DNA of 64,000 bases from Mizuhopecten yessoensis (taxonomy: Eukaryota). The stretch lies in the NCBI RefSeq assembly GCF_002113885.1, contig NW_018407065.1, positions 2,570,682 through 2,634,681 of the forward strand, given 5' to 3'. Of the stretch, positions 1 through 14,055 are shown piece by piece (position 1 is the first letter of the stretch; every line of letters starts with the position of its first letter). The position numbers were made by a program, and so were the translations under genes. The notes beneath the pieces are model-generated. The model was given only the letters and a program-made list of their open reading frames with translations, was not told the DNA's origin and did no database searches.

Positions 1-120
1 CTGTGTGTGACATGTACATCTGTATATAGTCTGTGTGTGACATGTACATCTGTATATAGTCTGTGTGTGACATGTACATCTGTATATAGGCTGTGTGTGA
101 CATGTAATGCTGTATATAGT
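1..120. repeat. 30-bp minisatellite (CTGTGTGTGACATGTACATCTGTATATAGT), truncated by the window edge
   Basis: About 4 near-identical tandem units read directly. Confidence 0.9.
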
Positions 121-2554
121 ACTGGTCTGTGTGGGTAAAATGTACTCCTGTACAGGAATGTACTGATCTACCTCAGAGTTGGTGGCATTACAATCGAGGC
201 TTACCACAACAAAAAACACCAACAGAAATGCGGATATTTATCATGTATCTCGTCTGAAATCTGGCATAACTAAAACAGACCATATACCTACAACGTAACA
301 GTTTAAATGTCTGAACAATTCTTTTTATACCTGAGGAAACCTATTGTTTCAGGCCGCCTGTTTCTTTGATTTAAATATCTATTGAAAAACAATTCACTAA
401 AAAGGTTCTATCTGTTGTTAACTGTGCATAAAAATAGCCATGACGTTCCTCTAAAGGCGGTGAGGTCATGCATAAGGTCAAATGATCCAATTCCAATCAA
501 TAAACTAAACTTGAGGCCATACATGGGGGTTATCTCATGTCAAGTTAATAAAAAAAATTGACATAAAACATTACCTGATTCAGTGAAAATTTCAATTATT
601 GGTCTGAACAAAGTGTGAAAATATATAAAGAATAAACATTCAAGTTTTCTTTCAGATGAATTTCAGAATCTCACAATGATACAGGGGAGACAACCCTTAC
701 TGCCCCATATGGGTGTGCTGCTGTGCATGTGAATGTCAGGTGTCACTCGACCCTGTGTTATAAACATTTCTATGATATCTCCTCCTCAATCTTCATTTTA
801 TACATTTTTCCATATCAGTTAGACAAACTAAGACCACACAATATACCTAACTTACCATTTATTTACATTTCAAAACTAAGATGGTTTCATTTTGGACTCC
901 TTAAAAAATTCATTGATTTTTTGCCAAGACCAAAATGCGCTGTTAGCACTCCTATCAGTGTATAATGTGTTATCTTATCAGAGTGTTACACACCACACCT
1001 ACACACCGACACTCACATGCAATCACACAATGTATTGTCAGCTTGAATCTTATTTATTTACTTTGGAAAGTTCTCAACTTACAGAAATAGAGGATTTCAA
1101 ATAAATTTCCATTGCATAACACAGAAGCATATGATTTTTATGAAACTATCTTCAGCAACCGTTTCATCAAAGTCTAATGGAGCGGGAGCAAGTTTGAGAT
1201 TCTTTTTTATCATTTTTTCCCCTAAAGCATGTTTATTTACACATTTTGTGAATAATTAAGATAAAAACACCACCATTTTTGTCGTTTGACGTTTTATGAC
1301 GTCATATCACATTGTTCCCTTCGACATCAAAATGGATGAAATCACACAGTTTACATATAGATGAGGTATGTTATGTATATTTTGCTAGCATACAGGTTGT
1401 ACTTGACAAACAATATCTGATATACAAAACCTCTATATTGAGACCATTCATAGAAAGTCCAACATGTGGTCTCTTAACACAGGTGGTCCCCAAATACATG
1501 TTCAGTCCATACAGGAATTACTACAATTGAAAACATTAAAAGTGGACTCCTAACACAGTTGGTATCTTAATAAAGGTGGCCACATAAGCAGGTTTGACTG
1601 TAATACCGTATGAAATATCAATTGTTCATTGAAAAAATCATAATTCCCTATAACCAATAGGTTTCTCCCTTCCTGACTCATTAGACAATCCTGCTAGGAG
1701 TGGGTTAAACCGTAGACGTTATTTCATTGGTCAATGTTCTAATTATGATGTCAAGTAACAATGCTTTGCGATGTCATCTTCCCTTGTAATGTCTTAGTTT
1801 CATGGCAATTGTTTTCCAGATTGGAGACAGGAATAAAGTTTTTCCAACAAAAACATTCTAAATATAATATCAGAATGCTGTGGGAAAAAATGAAAATGTC
1901 CCTAAAATCGTGATGGTTGGTTATTATGCTTTTCTAAGTCGACTTAGTTAGTTTTTAAATTGTATGAAGACACAAGGTTTATTATCATGTTTATCTAAGT
2001 CAAGTTAAATAGGGAACCTCTGAACTTCTACAGAAGGTCTACATCACACTGCAAGGTATCACAACAGTAAGGACCTGTGTATAGAGCTGTATATAAGTAC
2101 ATACAAAAGTAACAATATGTACCAAGACCTGCAGGAATTGAGAAAGGCGTCAAAAAGGATCCATTTCAAGATGAAATGTTTTACGTACATGTATGTAAAT
2201 ACTTGACAGTTATTCAGCACTGCAGTCAAGAGTAAAAGTAAACAGAAGGCGAGAGTATTCGGAGACTCTATAGCCCTCCAGGGTCACTATAGACTTCTGT
2301 TGACTCTCGCCCAACAGGACAGGTACTCGACACCACACATAGAACGATCAACAGGTACCTTGGGTCTTTATCAACAGGTATGGAGTGAAAAAGACTCGAA
2401 ATTCCCCAAAACAAAATGCCAATGACAAATAAAAGCCGAAAGTTGAAAATGGAATATTCTTCTGATATCATACCAAATTAATGAAATGTTTTAAGCAAAA
2501 GTAATTTTTTTAAACTTTTTTAAATTTTAATGAATGTGAACTTCAGTGTTATGA

Positions 2555-3900
2555 AATCACCTGTAGCTTTGTGGTGATGATTTTGAAATCTTAAATCACC
2601 TGTAGCTCTGTTGTAATATTGAAATCTTAAACCACCTGTAGCCCTATGGTAATATTCAAACCTTAAACCACCCACCTGTAGCTCTGTGGTAATATTCAAA
2701 CCTTAAACCACCTGTAGCTTTGTGGTAATATTGAAATCTTAAACCACCTGCAGCTCTGTGGTAATATTGAAATCACAAGCCACCTGTAGCTTAAAGGTAA
2801 TACATGCATTGACATATGAAACCGCCTGTAGCTCTGTGGTAATATTGAAACTTAAATCACCTGTAGCTCTAGTCTATGGTCGTATTGAAATCTTAAATCA
2901 CCTTTAGCCTTGTGGTAAAACTGTGGTGGTAAAAATTAAATCTTAAATCACCTGAATTACCTGTAGCTCTGTGGTAATATTGAAATCTTAAACCACCTGT
3001 AGCCCTGTGGTTAATTAATATATGCTCTGCGGTAATATTGAAATCCTAAATCATCTGTAGGCTCTTGAGCTAAAGCTCTGTGGTGGTAAAATGTTAAATC
3101 ACCTGTAACCATGTGGTTTAGCTCTGTGGTGGTAAAATGTTAAATCACCTGTAGCTCTGTGGTTAAGCTCTGTGGTGGTAAAATGTTAAATTACCTGTAG
3201 CCCTGTGGTTAAGCTCTGTGGTAATATTTAAATCTTAAACCACCCGTAGTTCTTGTGGTAAAGCTCTGTGGTGGTAAAATCTTAAATCACCTGTAGCTCT
3301 TGTGGTAAAGCTCTGTGGTGGTAAAATCTTAAATCACCTGTAGCCCTGTGGTGGTAAAATGTTAAATCACCTGTAACCCTGTGGTTAAGCTCTGTGGTGG
3401 TAAAATCTTAAATCACCTGTAGCTCTTATGGTAAAGCTTTGTGGTGGTAAAATGTTAAATCACCTCCTGAAGCTCTGTTGTAATATTGAAATCTTAAACC
3501 ACCTGTAGCTCTGTGGTTAAGCTCTGTGGTAATATTGAAATCTTAAATCATCTGTAGCTCTTGAGCTAAAGCTCTGTGGTGGTAAAATGTTAAATCACCT
3601 GTAGCCCTGTGGTTAAGCTCTGTGGTGGTAAAATGTTCAATCACCTGTAGCCCTGTGGTTAAGCTCTGTGGTGGTAAAATGTTAAATCACCTCCTGTAGC
3701 TCTGTGGTAATATTGAAATCTTAAACCACCTGTAGCTCTGTGGTTAAGCTTTGTGGTAATACTGAAATCTTAAACCACCTGTGGCTCTGCGGTTAAGCTC
3801 TGTGGTAATATTGAAATGTTAAAACACCTGTAGCTCTTGTGGTAAAGCTCTGTGGTGGTAAAATGTTCAATCACTGAGCTTTTTGGTGATGATTTTGAGA
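2555..3900. repeat. Degenerate ~35-bp minisatellite (AAATCACCTGTAGCTCTGTGGTAATATTGAAATCTT) with internal sub-duplications
   Basis: Dozens of variant tandem units with no unique spacers. Confidence 0.9.
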
Positions 3901-6900
3901 TATGAAATCACACGTATCCCTATGGAGATGACATCATTTACTAAACTCTGAAATCCCCTGTTGCTCTAAGGTAATGATATTGATTTCTGAAATTACCTGT
4001 CACTTTGTGAAATTTATGTGTTTTAATTTCAAACAACTTTTAGCTCAGTAATATTATGTGCATGTATAGTAAAACTCTACAAAGAACCCTTACAACTTGA
4101 TATTCTGCGTTATCTACAGGACAGATCTGCCCGATACAGGTTAGCAACAGTTCATCGTATTACTACCTGGGACGACGTCTGATACAGGTGTCTTACCGCC
4201 AGGATTCTCTGTCTGTTGTCTATTGGAACAGATAAGACATGCTTATACTCTCAAACAAAACATGTCTGGTGCACATATGTCAGTAATCAATATCTGAAAA
4301 GTGCTTGTGTTACATATATTAGCACCAAACAATAAAAACCTTTCTAGAGCTCTGAAGCAACAATATGAGTTTAAGTCTGTATTTATATACAAATGTACCA
4401 GCTACAAGTGTAATTTTATAACCTGGCTCTGTGAAACCAAGTTTCATTTGCTTATTAAAGGAATGAATAATGAAACTTTTAAGCTAATTATACCATAATC
4501 TGTATTTCAGACCAATCATTTTAAGTTTTTGAATACTATTGATATGAAAATATCGATGATTTGAAACGTTTAAATATAAATAAATTGATATAATTAAGTG
4601 TTGAAACACAATTATGTCACGAACTGGAACTTAGCTGGTCTTTTCCAATTATCTACCGGGATTGGGATTTAAATGGGGAAAAAGCAGAAAATAGATGTAT
4701 TTTCAAAGGAAAATACCAAGGCTTGGAGGGGCCCAGAAATTTAAACCCATTAGATATGCCTGGCTATTTTATGTCATGATACATGTATCAGTATATAATG
4801 GAAAGAAAAAAACGGTATATCCTGCAATCCAGTAAGTATAGACTTGATTATGTCAACTGTATCGACAAATAGGTCCTAACATATCCGTGGGAATTTTCTT
4901 TTATTTCAAGGTGAAATCTAACCCAGTTTGAGATCAGATTTTATATGAGAATCTACACCCTGTATATACCTGCCTGCGTTAGTTCCATTGACTAATGGTA
5001 GTTATCTTTACACAAGCACAACCCTATCGATTAAAGCTCCAACTCCCTACCAATCATTATAGTAAAGCATTTAATTCAATCTGTTTTTCAACAAATTCTA
5101 TATCAGGGCATATCATTGTACGTACCTGTAAATCAGGACTACAACCAGATAATTATCTCTACAGGGAAACCTATGAAAATTACAGGTGTGTGTGTGTGTA
5201 TGTTAACGAGGACTAACTACAGGTGCAGGCCTATACCAAACGCCACAGTGTGGGATGCCGGGGGTTTATTGGATTAATAATTAGGCAGCCTCAAACGAAC
5301 CAATGGTGACTCTACCATTAACCACTTAGCCTCCAAGAGTACGATTACAGTGCGACGATATCAGGTCAAACCCATTTCACTTGATGTCCTCCTTGGGGAA
5401 TAGACAACTAGTAAAATACTTAAAATCATTATTTTCTGAGGCCAAACAAAATCATTGTTTGTGTTCCTTCTTTCTATTCTCTAAAATTGAGTAAGGTCGG
5501 TAGACTCTTTTCTGACCATGTTGTATAATAGTGCACATTATTTGGCAGCAAATACCTGTATTTACCAAAAGTCCACAACTTCTAACTTCCCAACTTTTAG
5601 AAATTTTCAAAATCTAAGCCAGGTATTTTCAAATTTGGAAAAACCTGGTGGTTTCGCCCCAATTTGAAAATCCTTGGGGCAGGATTCCTCTATTCTCCAC
5701 CAGCTCCTGGACACCAAGAAATGTTTTGCTCTTATTCTGATCACAAGAACTATATTGTAGCTCAGAAATTATTGCAACTTTTTGAAAGCATCAACTTTTT
5801 TCATGAGCTATTTTTGAAGATTTTACAGCTGTACATACATGTACAGACCAGGATTTAAGACAGGAATTGTATGTGCCCCACATACACACTATTAAAAAAA
5901 GTTTTCTGATAATTAAAAACATATATGCTTCCCTTCAAACATAATTTTTTTTCTTGATGTAACCCTACACAGATATATAACTCTGTTTGGCCTCACAAGA
6001 ACCCTCCCACAAACAGAATCTATGGTGTCAAAGTGTCCCTGTGTCTCTACAAGGTTTATTTATGGTGCCACCCCTGCATAAAGCTCCATAAATACTTATT
6101 ATGTATATATTTATAAGTATCATTATGGAGAAACCTAACCAGAGGTCCAAAGACCTCCAGTGTTTCAAGTTATTCGTGAAGGTTTCGTTTACTTTTAATA
6201 AAACAGATCGGTAATCGTTAGTCTCTATGCATTGACTCACACAATGAAAAGTAAAACGTAATTTTACTTTGCGTAAAGGGGTCCGGTACAAAACAACCAT
6301 TATGCACGTTTTATTCACCGATATCTGTTTGTAACTAGGTCTGGTGATACAGTCTCCCTGTTTTTTGATAAGTTTATAAGTTGCTAAATATTTACCTAGG
6401 CTTGTCACCAGCATGTTTATTTACCCTTATATATATAACTGGTCAAGGTTCCTTACAATCAGGACGGTCAGAGTTGAAACATGGTTGATTAAGTGTAGAA
6501 ATAACGTCACACGTTCAGATTTAAAAGTTTCCAATCTTTTGTGGCAGTTATTGTTTACCTTAGATTCTTTTGTCGGAGCTGTAATGTCTGTTGGTAAAGA
6601 TAATCGAGTTTTATCGGTAGTTTAGAACTCTACTTTGGACCCTATCAAACAAGTTGGTTCACATTGGCAGCAAATACCTGTATTTACCAAAAGTCCACAG
6701 CCTCTACACTTGCCAACCTTTAGAAATTTTAACTTCTAAAAGGGCTGACATCCTGTATCCATACCGTTCTAATGTGTTTATATCAAACAATCATTATTGA
6801 TGAATAACTCCACAAATAGCTTTTGATAGCGTTTCAGTGGCATTTTTGGCATTAAGTGCATTTTGATTATAAAATAAAATAGATTCAAACACAACAGGCG

Positions 6901-8282
6901 ATTACAAATATATGCAAATTTATTTCACCATTTTCAATGAAGTTTTTTTAAAATCAATTTAAAGACTTATTAAAATTCTCGTTTCTTACTATAACCCAGT
7001 TTTGGTTTGATTCACTGCAAGATAATGTTATGTGAGTTAAATTATTCTAAATATCATCAAGCCTATAGCCATCAATTACCATGAAAAAAGAATCTAGAAT
7101 ACCTGGTAATTCTTACTTAACAAATAAAAGTATGACACATAGTGGAAATTAAAAGATTTTTTGTGACCAAAAAACTATGGTGCATTTATTTTAATTTAAA
7201 ATGTCATACCATATATATAACATAAACAAGTAACCTACAACTGTTACCTATGATGTATATATAACTTATTACATGTACTAATGGTTTGTTTATTTTGATT
7301 AGCATGTCATACACCTTATCAACAAAACATATCTGACTTTTATAACAAATATACAGTATTAATATGGTCGTAATCTTAATCTGAAAATCTTGAATTGAAA
7401 AGATCTTTTATCAGCTTAGCGGATTAGTTCATGCGTTAAGGCAAAAAGCAAGGCTCATTTTACCCCTGATTTGGCGGCATATTTTATATACGATAAAGTA
7501 ACAATGTCAATATGGCTGCCTGAATATAAACACTTAACAATGATTGAACACGAAATTGGGCTTATGGACCTTTAAGTGAAAGGTAAAAAGCCCATAATTA
7601 TCTGTGTTCGACCGAGTGGGACAGTAATCGGGGAGTTTTATGTGAATGTGTTAAGAGTCTTATTACTACTCTATCCTTTGAATATACAAATCTGGATCAT
7701 AAAGATAAATAATACAGATTTGTGATATATGGCCCCTGATGGGACCTACATCTGTGTGACAGGTAGCTTTGATCATATAAAGATAAGCTAGCTTGAAACA
7801 GAATGGTACATTTCTTCCAGAAATATTATGGAAAAAAACACATGTTGTAATATAAAATTGTCTGATTTTAATTTATTAACAGGATATGATATACAGATAA
7901 ATCAGTTCCGATATTGTATTTTAATGTAACTTAATAAAATAAAAAAATGCTAAAAAAGGACTAATAGAATTTTAATAATTATACGACATTTATTGATGAA
8001 AAATTAATTCTTTATAAAAAAATACAATGGGTTCCAATGAACACAACTGAGTCACAGCTAATCTAAAATGTCAAGTCTACGTTTTTATTTAGATTATGAA
8101 ATAAATCCATGACATGTTTTGCTTGGACTTGCAATTAATCAATAGGTCCAATTAGTGTTTATCTCCTAAAAACTGTACAATAAAAATGTGCATGTACAAC
8201 TGAAGATCATCTTAACAACACGTCGTGTCGTCTGTTGTCATTAAACGCAACCTGTCATTAGAACACCTGTATCTAATCTTAC

Positions 8283-8408
8283 CTGTTTTTCTTTCAGATT
8301 TTCCCCAGGTGCTAGGGCAGCCAAACGAGATTTGTTCTTCATCTCAACCGTGCTACCTGCACGGCCCCGCGTTGACATTGAAGGCCGTGGAGATTTTGGT
8401 TTCTCCAT
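8283..8408 (-). CDS. Putative first coding exon of an unidentified gene running leftward (MEKPKSPRPSMSTRGRAGSTVEMKNKSRLAALAPGENLKEKQ)
   Basis: ATG at 8408, 42 open codons, GC-richer than the flanks, ending at a strong phase-0 donor CAG|GTAAGA. A promoter-like motif cluster lies directly upstream. No homology recognised. Confidence 0.55.
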
Positions 8409-8504
8409 TCTCTGATCTGTTTAAATTCCGTTCATGAACATATTCCGGAGTGACTTGTTAGTAAACGTCCTTGTTAATAATTAAACACTACTCGTGCTGA
8501 ACGC

Positions 8505-8620
8505 ACATGGTCGCCATCTTGTTTACAGAGTTACCTAGGAGGCACTGAACCCGCATTGGTAGGTGCCCGCCCTCGGGTCACCTAATTGGACGGTTCAGGT
8601 GTTGGAGGCGGGCGTATCAA
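8505..8620 (-). promoter_or_regulatory. Putative core/proximal promoter of the 8.4-kb minus-strand gene
   Basis: YY1-like AAGATGGCG (rc of 8512-8520), CCAAT boxes on - (ATTGG at 8555 and 8585), GC box CCCGCCC 8566-8572 and GGCGGGCG near 8607. Confidence 0.45.
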
Positions 8621-9099
8621 ATAAAGGCCCGATTAAATTATTATGACCCTAGGGGTTCACGTGTTAAATCAATTACCGTTAGTTATACACATGTTAGTAT
8701 ACATTTATTGACATTGTATTCTTTGTACAAAATATGAATACACTGTAATAAATTCCAACTTTGTGTTGGATTGTTGTTTTATAATAAACCTTTCTTTCTC
8801 GTTTGCAGGGGGGATATTAAATAAATAAATAGTCATTAGATTAAAGTCTATTTCAAAAGAAGGTTAAATAAATTCATATATTTGGTAAAAGTTTATTTAC
8901 ATCCAAGTTTTACTCCAGTCAAATAGAATCCTATTTGGTCAGTAGATCAAAGTGTATGCTTATCAGGTCAAATTATAATTTATTCATAAAACAAAATGCA
9001 TTTACTCAGCCTATATATGAGATCAGAGCAAATGTAATTATCATGTCTATTTTAAGTCTATTTGTTCATAAAATCAGTAACTTAAATTCATCTTTGTTG

Positions 9100-11100
9100 A
9101 TCGAGTTATCAAGTGTTCATCAGATGAAGATCTTTTTGTTAATGATGTAAAAGTTCATTTTTCATAAAAATCTATCTGATCATGAGATCAAAATCCAAAT
9201 GTTCACACGATCAAAGTGAATTTGTTCATCAGATCAAAATCTAATTTTCATGAGATCAAAGCTCATTTATCTGGTCTATTTGTTCAAAAGATCAAAACCT
9301 ATTTGATTTTCAGATCAAAGCCTATATTTGTTCATCAGATAAAAGTTGCTTTGTTCATCATCAACAACTATTTATGACAAGAATTCCAAAAACAAATTAT
9401 CTGTTCATAAAATCTAAAAAAAAAAAAAAAAAGAAGATACAAAAAAAAGAATAGTTTAAAGAGTATTCAGTTCGACTTCACTCAGTTCCATGACAACACA
9501 TTTTTTAAAATGAGATCAAAGTCCATTTATTCATTATCAGGTCAAAGTTTGTGTGTTCATCAGATCAAAGCTTATACAATATTAGATCAAAGTCCATTTT
9601 TCACAAGGTTAAAGTGCATTTGTTCCTAAAATCACATTTTATTTGTTCATGAGAGCACAGTTCACTTGTTCATCAGGTCAAAGTCTAATCAAGAGACCAA
9701 AGTCTATTTGGTCACGAGATCAAAGTCTATTTGGTCACGAGATCAAAGTCTATTTGGTCACCAGATCAAAGTCTATTTGGTCACCAGATCAAAGTCTATT
9801 TGATCACGAGATCAAAGTCTATTTGGTCACGAGATCAAAGTCTATTTAGTTACCAGATCAAAATCTATTTGGTCATAATATCAAAGTGACTTGTTTATCG
9901 GATCAAAATCTATTTTTAATGAGATTAAAGTCCGTTTATTTTTCCATATTCAGTAACTCAAGATATATTTGGTCACGAGTTAAACTGTATTTGTTCATGA
10001 ATCACATTCATTTTTAGAAGAGCATTTTGTTTTTCAGAATAAGATCTATTTGTTCATAATGTAAAATTTCATTTATTCATAAATATTTATTTGATCATTG
10101 GATCAAGTTTTAATTTGTTTAAACAATCAAAGTGACTTGCTCATCAGATCAAAACTTTTGTTAAAGAGATCCATTTATTTATCTAGTCGAAGTCTGTTTG
10201 TTCAAAAGATGAAAACCGATTTGATGATAAGATCAAAGTCTATTTGTTCATCAGATTGAAATCTACATTTTCATTGAACCATAGTTTTCTGCTCATCAGA
10301 CTAAAGACCATTTGTTCATTTGATCAAGATCTATTCATTCACAGGATTGAAGTCCATTTGTTCAACGGATCAAAGACTATTAGTTAATCAGATCAAAGAC
10401 CATTTGTTCATTGTATCAAAGACCCTTTGGTCATTAGATCAAGATATATTCATTCACGGGATTGAAGTTCATTTGTTCATCGGATCAAATACCATTAGTT
10501 CATCAGACCAAAGACCATTTGCTCATCTGATCAAAGACCATTAGTTTATCAGATCTAAGATCATTAGTTCATCAGATCTAAGACCATTTGTTCATTGGAT
10601 GAAAGGCCATTTTTTCATCAGATCAAAGACCATTTGTACATCAGGTCTCAGACCATTAGTTCATCAGGTCAAAAACCATTTGTACATTAGATCAAGATCT
10701 ATTCATTCACGCGATTGAAATCCATTTGCTCATCGGATCAAAGACCATTAGTTCATTGTAGCAAAGACCATTTGTTCATCAGATCAAAGACCATTAGTTC
10801 ATCAGGTTAAAAACCATTTGTTCATCAAGTCAAATGCCATTTGTTTATCGGATCAAAGACCATTAGTTCATCAGATCAAAGACCATTAGTTCATCAGATC
10901 TAAGACCATTTGTTTATTGGATGAAAGGCTATTTTTTCATCAGATCAAAGACCATTAGTTCATCGTATCGAAGACCATTAGTTCATCAGATCAAAGACCA
11001 TTTGTTCATCAGGTCAAAGATCATTTGTACATTAGATCAAGATTTATTCATTCACAGGATTGAAGTCCATTTGTTCATCTGATCAAAGAAGTTTATTTGA
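9100..11100. repeat. Old degenerate ~22-bp satellite (TTGTTCATCAGATCAAAGACCA / ...GTCTA)
   Basis: The repeated core AGATCAAAG is visible throughout, most homogeneous at 9690-9880 and 10300-11090. Confidence 0.85.
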
Positions 11101-13833
11101 TCATGAGATCACAAGAATAATTTGAATAAATTGTTAAGAAGTTGTTAAAAGCCTAGTTAACTTACAAAAACTTAATGCAACACATTCATCTGTTGTATGT
11201 TTTAAAACATTGAAATTCAAAACATTAAAACTTAAACTGGAATCAAAATGATCACCTTATGTAGAAATACAAACATATTTGAGATTTTTATTTGATTTTT
11301 TTAAATCATACTTTGAAAAAAAAAAAATCAATTAAGCTTATCAGACAGAAATTAAATAAATTTGAAAGACAGAAAATGTTCTTAATGTTACAAATCCTGC
11401 TATTAATGCACCAACATACTACCAGATGGAACTGGAGGTTTGGGTCAGTGCTTTTATGTGTCCGAGGTGCATTTCATATACTCCATCCCTTACAACTGCC
11501 AACATTTGTATGAGTACCTCTTGGAATGATGGAGTGTCTCACATTGAAATCAGGTCTCATACCACATAACATATAGACTTATAGCCCTTTTTCCCCCTTG
11601 CATCACTATGTCCGGGACATATCCTAGATTTTACTACCTAAACATTCGAAAGTTGGTGAGTGCCTCTTGTAATAGCAGTGCGTCAAATGCTGAAATCAGG
11701 TTTCGTGCCGACTATACAGAAGAGTAATGGCCCTTTGTTCTTAGTAATTTTTCTGCAGCATATTTCGCATACTGTCACCTACACTTGCCAAATTTCATAT
11801 GCAAGTTCCTCTAATGATGACTCAGTGGTGTATAATTGTTTTTAAAAGTCTCATAGTTCAATATATATATACAGAGTTATGGACCTTCGTTCACCTTTCA
11901 TCATCTGAAGCATATCTCGTATAATTGGTCACCTTCAATTGGCCAATTTTGTATTTGAGTGCTTCAGGTGATAGAGAAGTGTTGCATATTAAAATCAGGT
12001 AGGGTGGTTGGTTGGTGCAGTCACTTTTTACCAAGGTGGCCAGGGTTTGATTCCCCATTTCAACATAAAAGGCTGCCTGGGTAATCCAGTTTCCTCCCAC
12101 ATTAAGAACGAGCATGCCAACGTGTGTGATTAATATGAGTTGAAAAAATTGTTTCATAAATTTTGTAAAATAAAGTCTATATTATATAAAAGTCAGATAT
12201 TGTGCCCGATTCTTTAAAGAGTTATGTGCCTTCATAAAAGTTTGTTCTAAAGTAGGGGAATATGGGCTGCACACAACATTTGTTGATCAAATCACCATTG
12301 AAGCTATGTAGAATTCCTATGACACTAACAGTGGTTTGCCATGCACCCAGGATCAACAGAAACAACACTGGATAAATGTCCTATCTATTTATTCTCTCAA
12401 TGAAACTTTCTGCTCATATATAGGCAAGCAATGTATTTTTATTTATTTTTCGAAAATGTAATGTGGAATTTTGAATTCAAAAAGCTCTTTTTTCCTAAGG
12501 TTATCAAGCACATACATATGTTAACATAACAAACCAGACCAATTCAATTTTCAAATACCAGGGTATTTATTTCAATATAACATATTATTTAAATTCTATA
12601 TGTATCAGACAATAAGAATCTTTACAAGATTAGTGTAGAATCTTCAGCTTTTCAATATGTATTCAATATCTGAACACATCTAAAATCTTATGAAACTTTT
12701 GAAATCATACTTAATAGGATGATTCCCACTATTTCAATATTTTTTTTATGAATTACTGACCCGAATTTCTTGATATAAAAGACAGACTGAGCATACAAAC
12801 ACTATGGTATTATGGAGTTCTCACAATGCATTTTGATGTGCTGCAATAGCCAATCTCAACGTGTTATGTGTTAAAATGTGGCACATGGTTTCTTTGTGTG
12901 GTATACAATAGACCTACTTATAAATTCAAGGGTTTTGAGATCTTACCTTGCCTCAATTTTCAGTCAGTATACATCTACCTTTTACCCTTTCCATTTATCA
13001 AATGAGCTGTGTAAACGGCATGAAATGTAAAAGTGGATATACTAAATGCGGCTACATATACGCAAACTACATCTGAAATGATTATTCTAGCATTCATCAT
13101 CAGATTCTCTTTAAAATGTTGTATTAAAGGATTGTAATTTTCCTTTTAAACTGGAAAAACAACCGTAACACTTTTAACTTATAAATCGTGATTGATTGCA
13201 AAAAACCAGCAGGAACCCAGCTTTAATGGACATTAGCTTCCTTGTAATTCAATTCCTCAGTTATTATTTGGTAAAATTTTACGACTTTCATCACCACACC
13301 ATGAAATGCTTTACTATGTACAGACCTGGACAGGACCATACAGTCAGAGCTTTACTTCATGTAATCTGTTATAAAGAATTCATGCCACCGATCACAGTAC
13401 ATTAGGAAGTTAATAAATATTTAACGTGATGACATTGTGGAAGGGATTACAGGGGAGAGCGGATTATGTAACATCAAAGAGACACTACCACAGCAATCCG
13501 AGCCTGACGTAACACCTGTACATCAGACAACATCTTTATAACATCAAAGTGTTAAAGTCAAGATTTGATTTCAAATTAAAAATCTCTGCCCTCCCCGAAG
13601 CAAAAATGCTTGAACATTACCTCACTGATGACACAACTCCTCAGATGGAGCTCACAGTGTTTACATTTGTACACTTCACACGAAAATCTTACATCACATG
13701 ATCGGTTATCACCTAAATGTTTTATTTTATTTTAATGAAGTTACTTTTTATGACATTCAAATTTGTAATTTATTAAAGACTAATTACATTTATATAAAAA
13801 AAACTTTTTTTATTCAATCAACATCAACAAACA

Positions 13834-14055
13834 GGGGCAGCGGTGGCCAAGTGGTTAAAGTGTATGACATTCTGCTACCACAACCCCACCACCACTGGGT
13901 TGCGGGTTCGAGAACTATGTGGGGCAGTCGCCAGGTACTGGCCGTTGATTGGTGGTTTTTCTCCGGGAACTCAAGCTTTCCTCCATCATAAAAACCTGGC
14001 ACGTCCTTAAATTACCAAAGCTGTTGATAGGACGTAAAACACAAACAAACCAAAA
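13834..14055 (+). mobile_element. tRNA-derived SINE (V-core-like centre, LINE-derived tail)
   Basis: A-box-like GGTGGCCAAGTGG, B-box-like GGTTCGAGA, core GGTTTTTCTCCGGG...TTTCCTCCA and tail GTCCTTAAAT...TGTTGATAGGACGTAAAAC(AAAC)n. The same tail occurs near 26965 and 49740. Confidence 0.8.

Noticed and set aside
205-287. Possible minus-strand exon (TAG acceptor, GTAAGC donor) of the unidentified gene
   Set aside because: The frame is ambiguous and the peptide is not recognisable; unsupported without RNA data.
6028-6414. 128-aa minus-strand ORF
   Set aside because: No recognisable motif or splice structure; likely chance or a decayed repeat.
8283-8408. Assigning the unknown exon to MYLK3 or SHCBP1 because of human synteny
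   Set aside because: No sequence similarity is visible, and synteny alone is insufficient.
13834-13920. tRNA gene (also near 20150-20225, 26640 and 60990)
   Set aside because: A/B-box-like heads continue into SINE core or tail sequence and do not form a clean cloverleaf.
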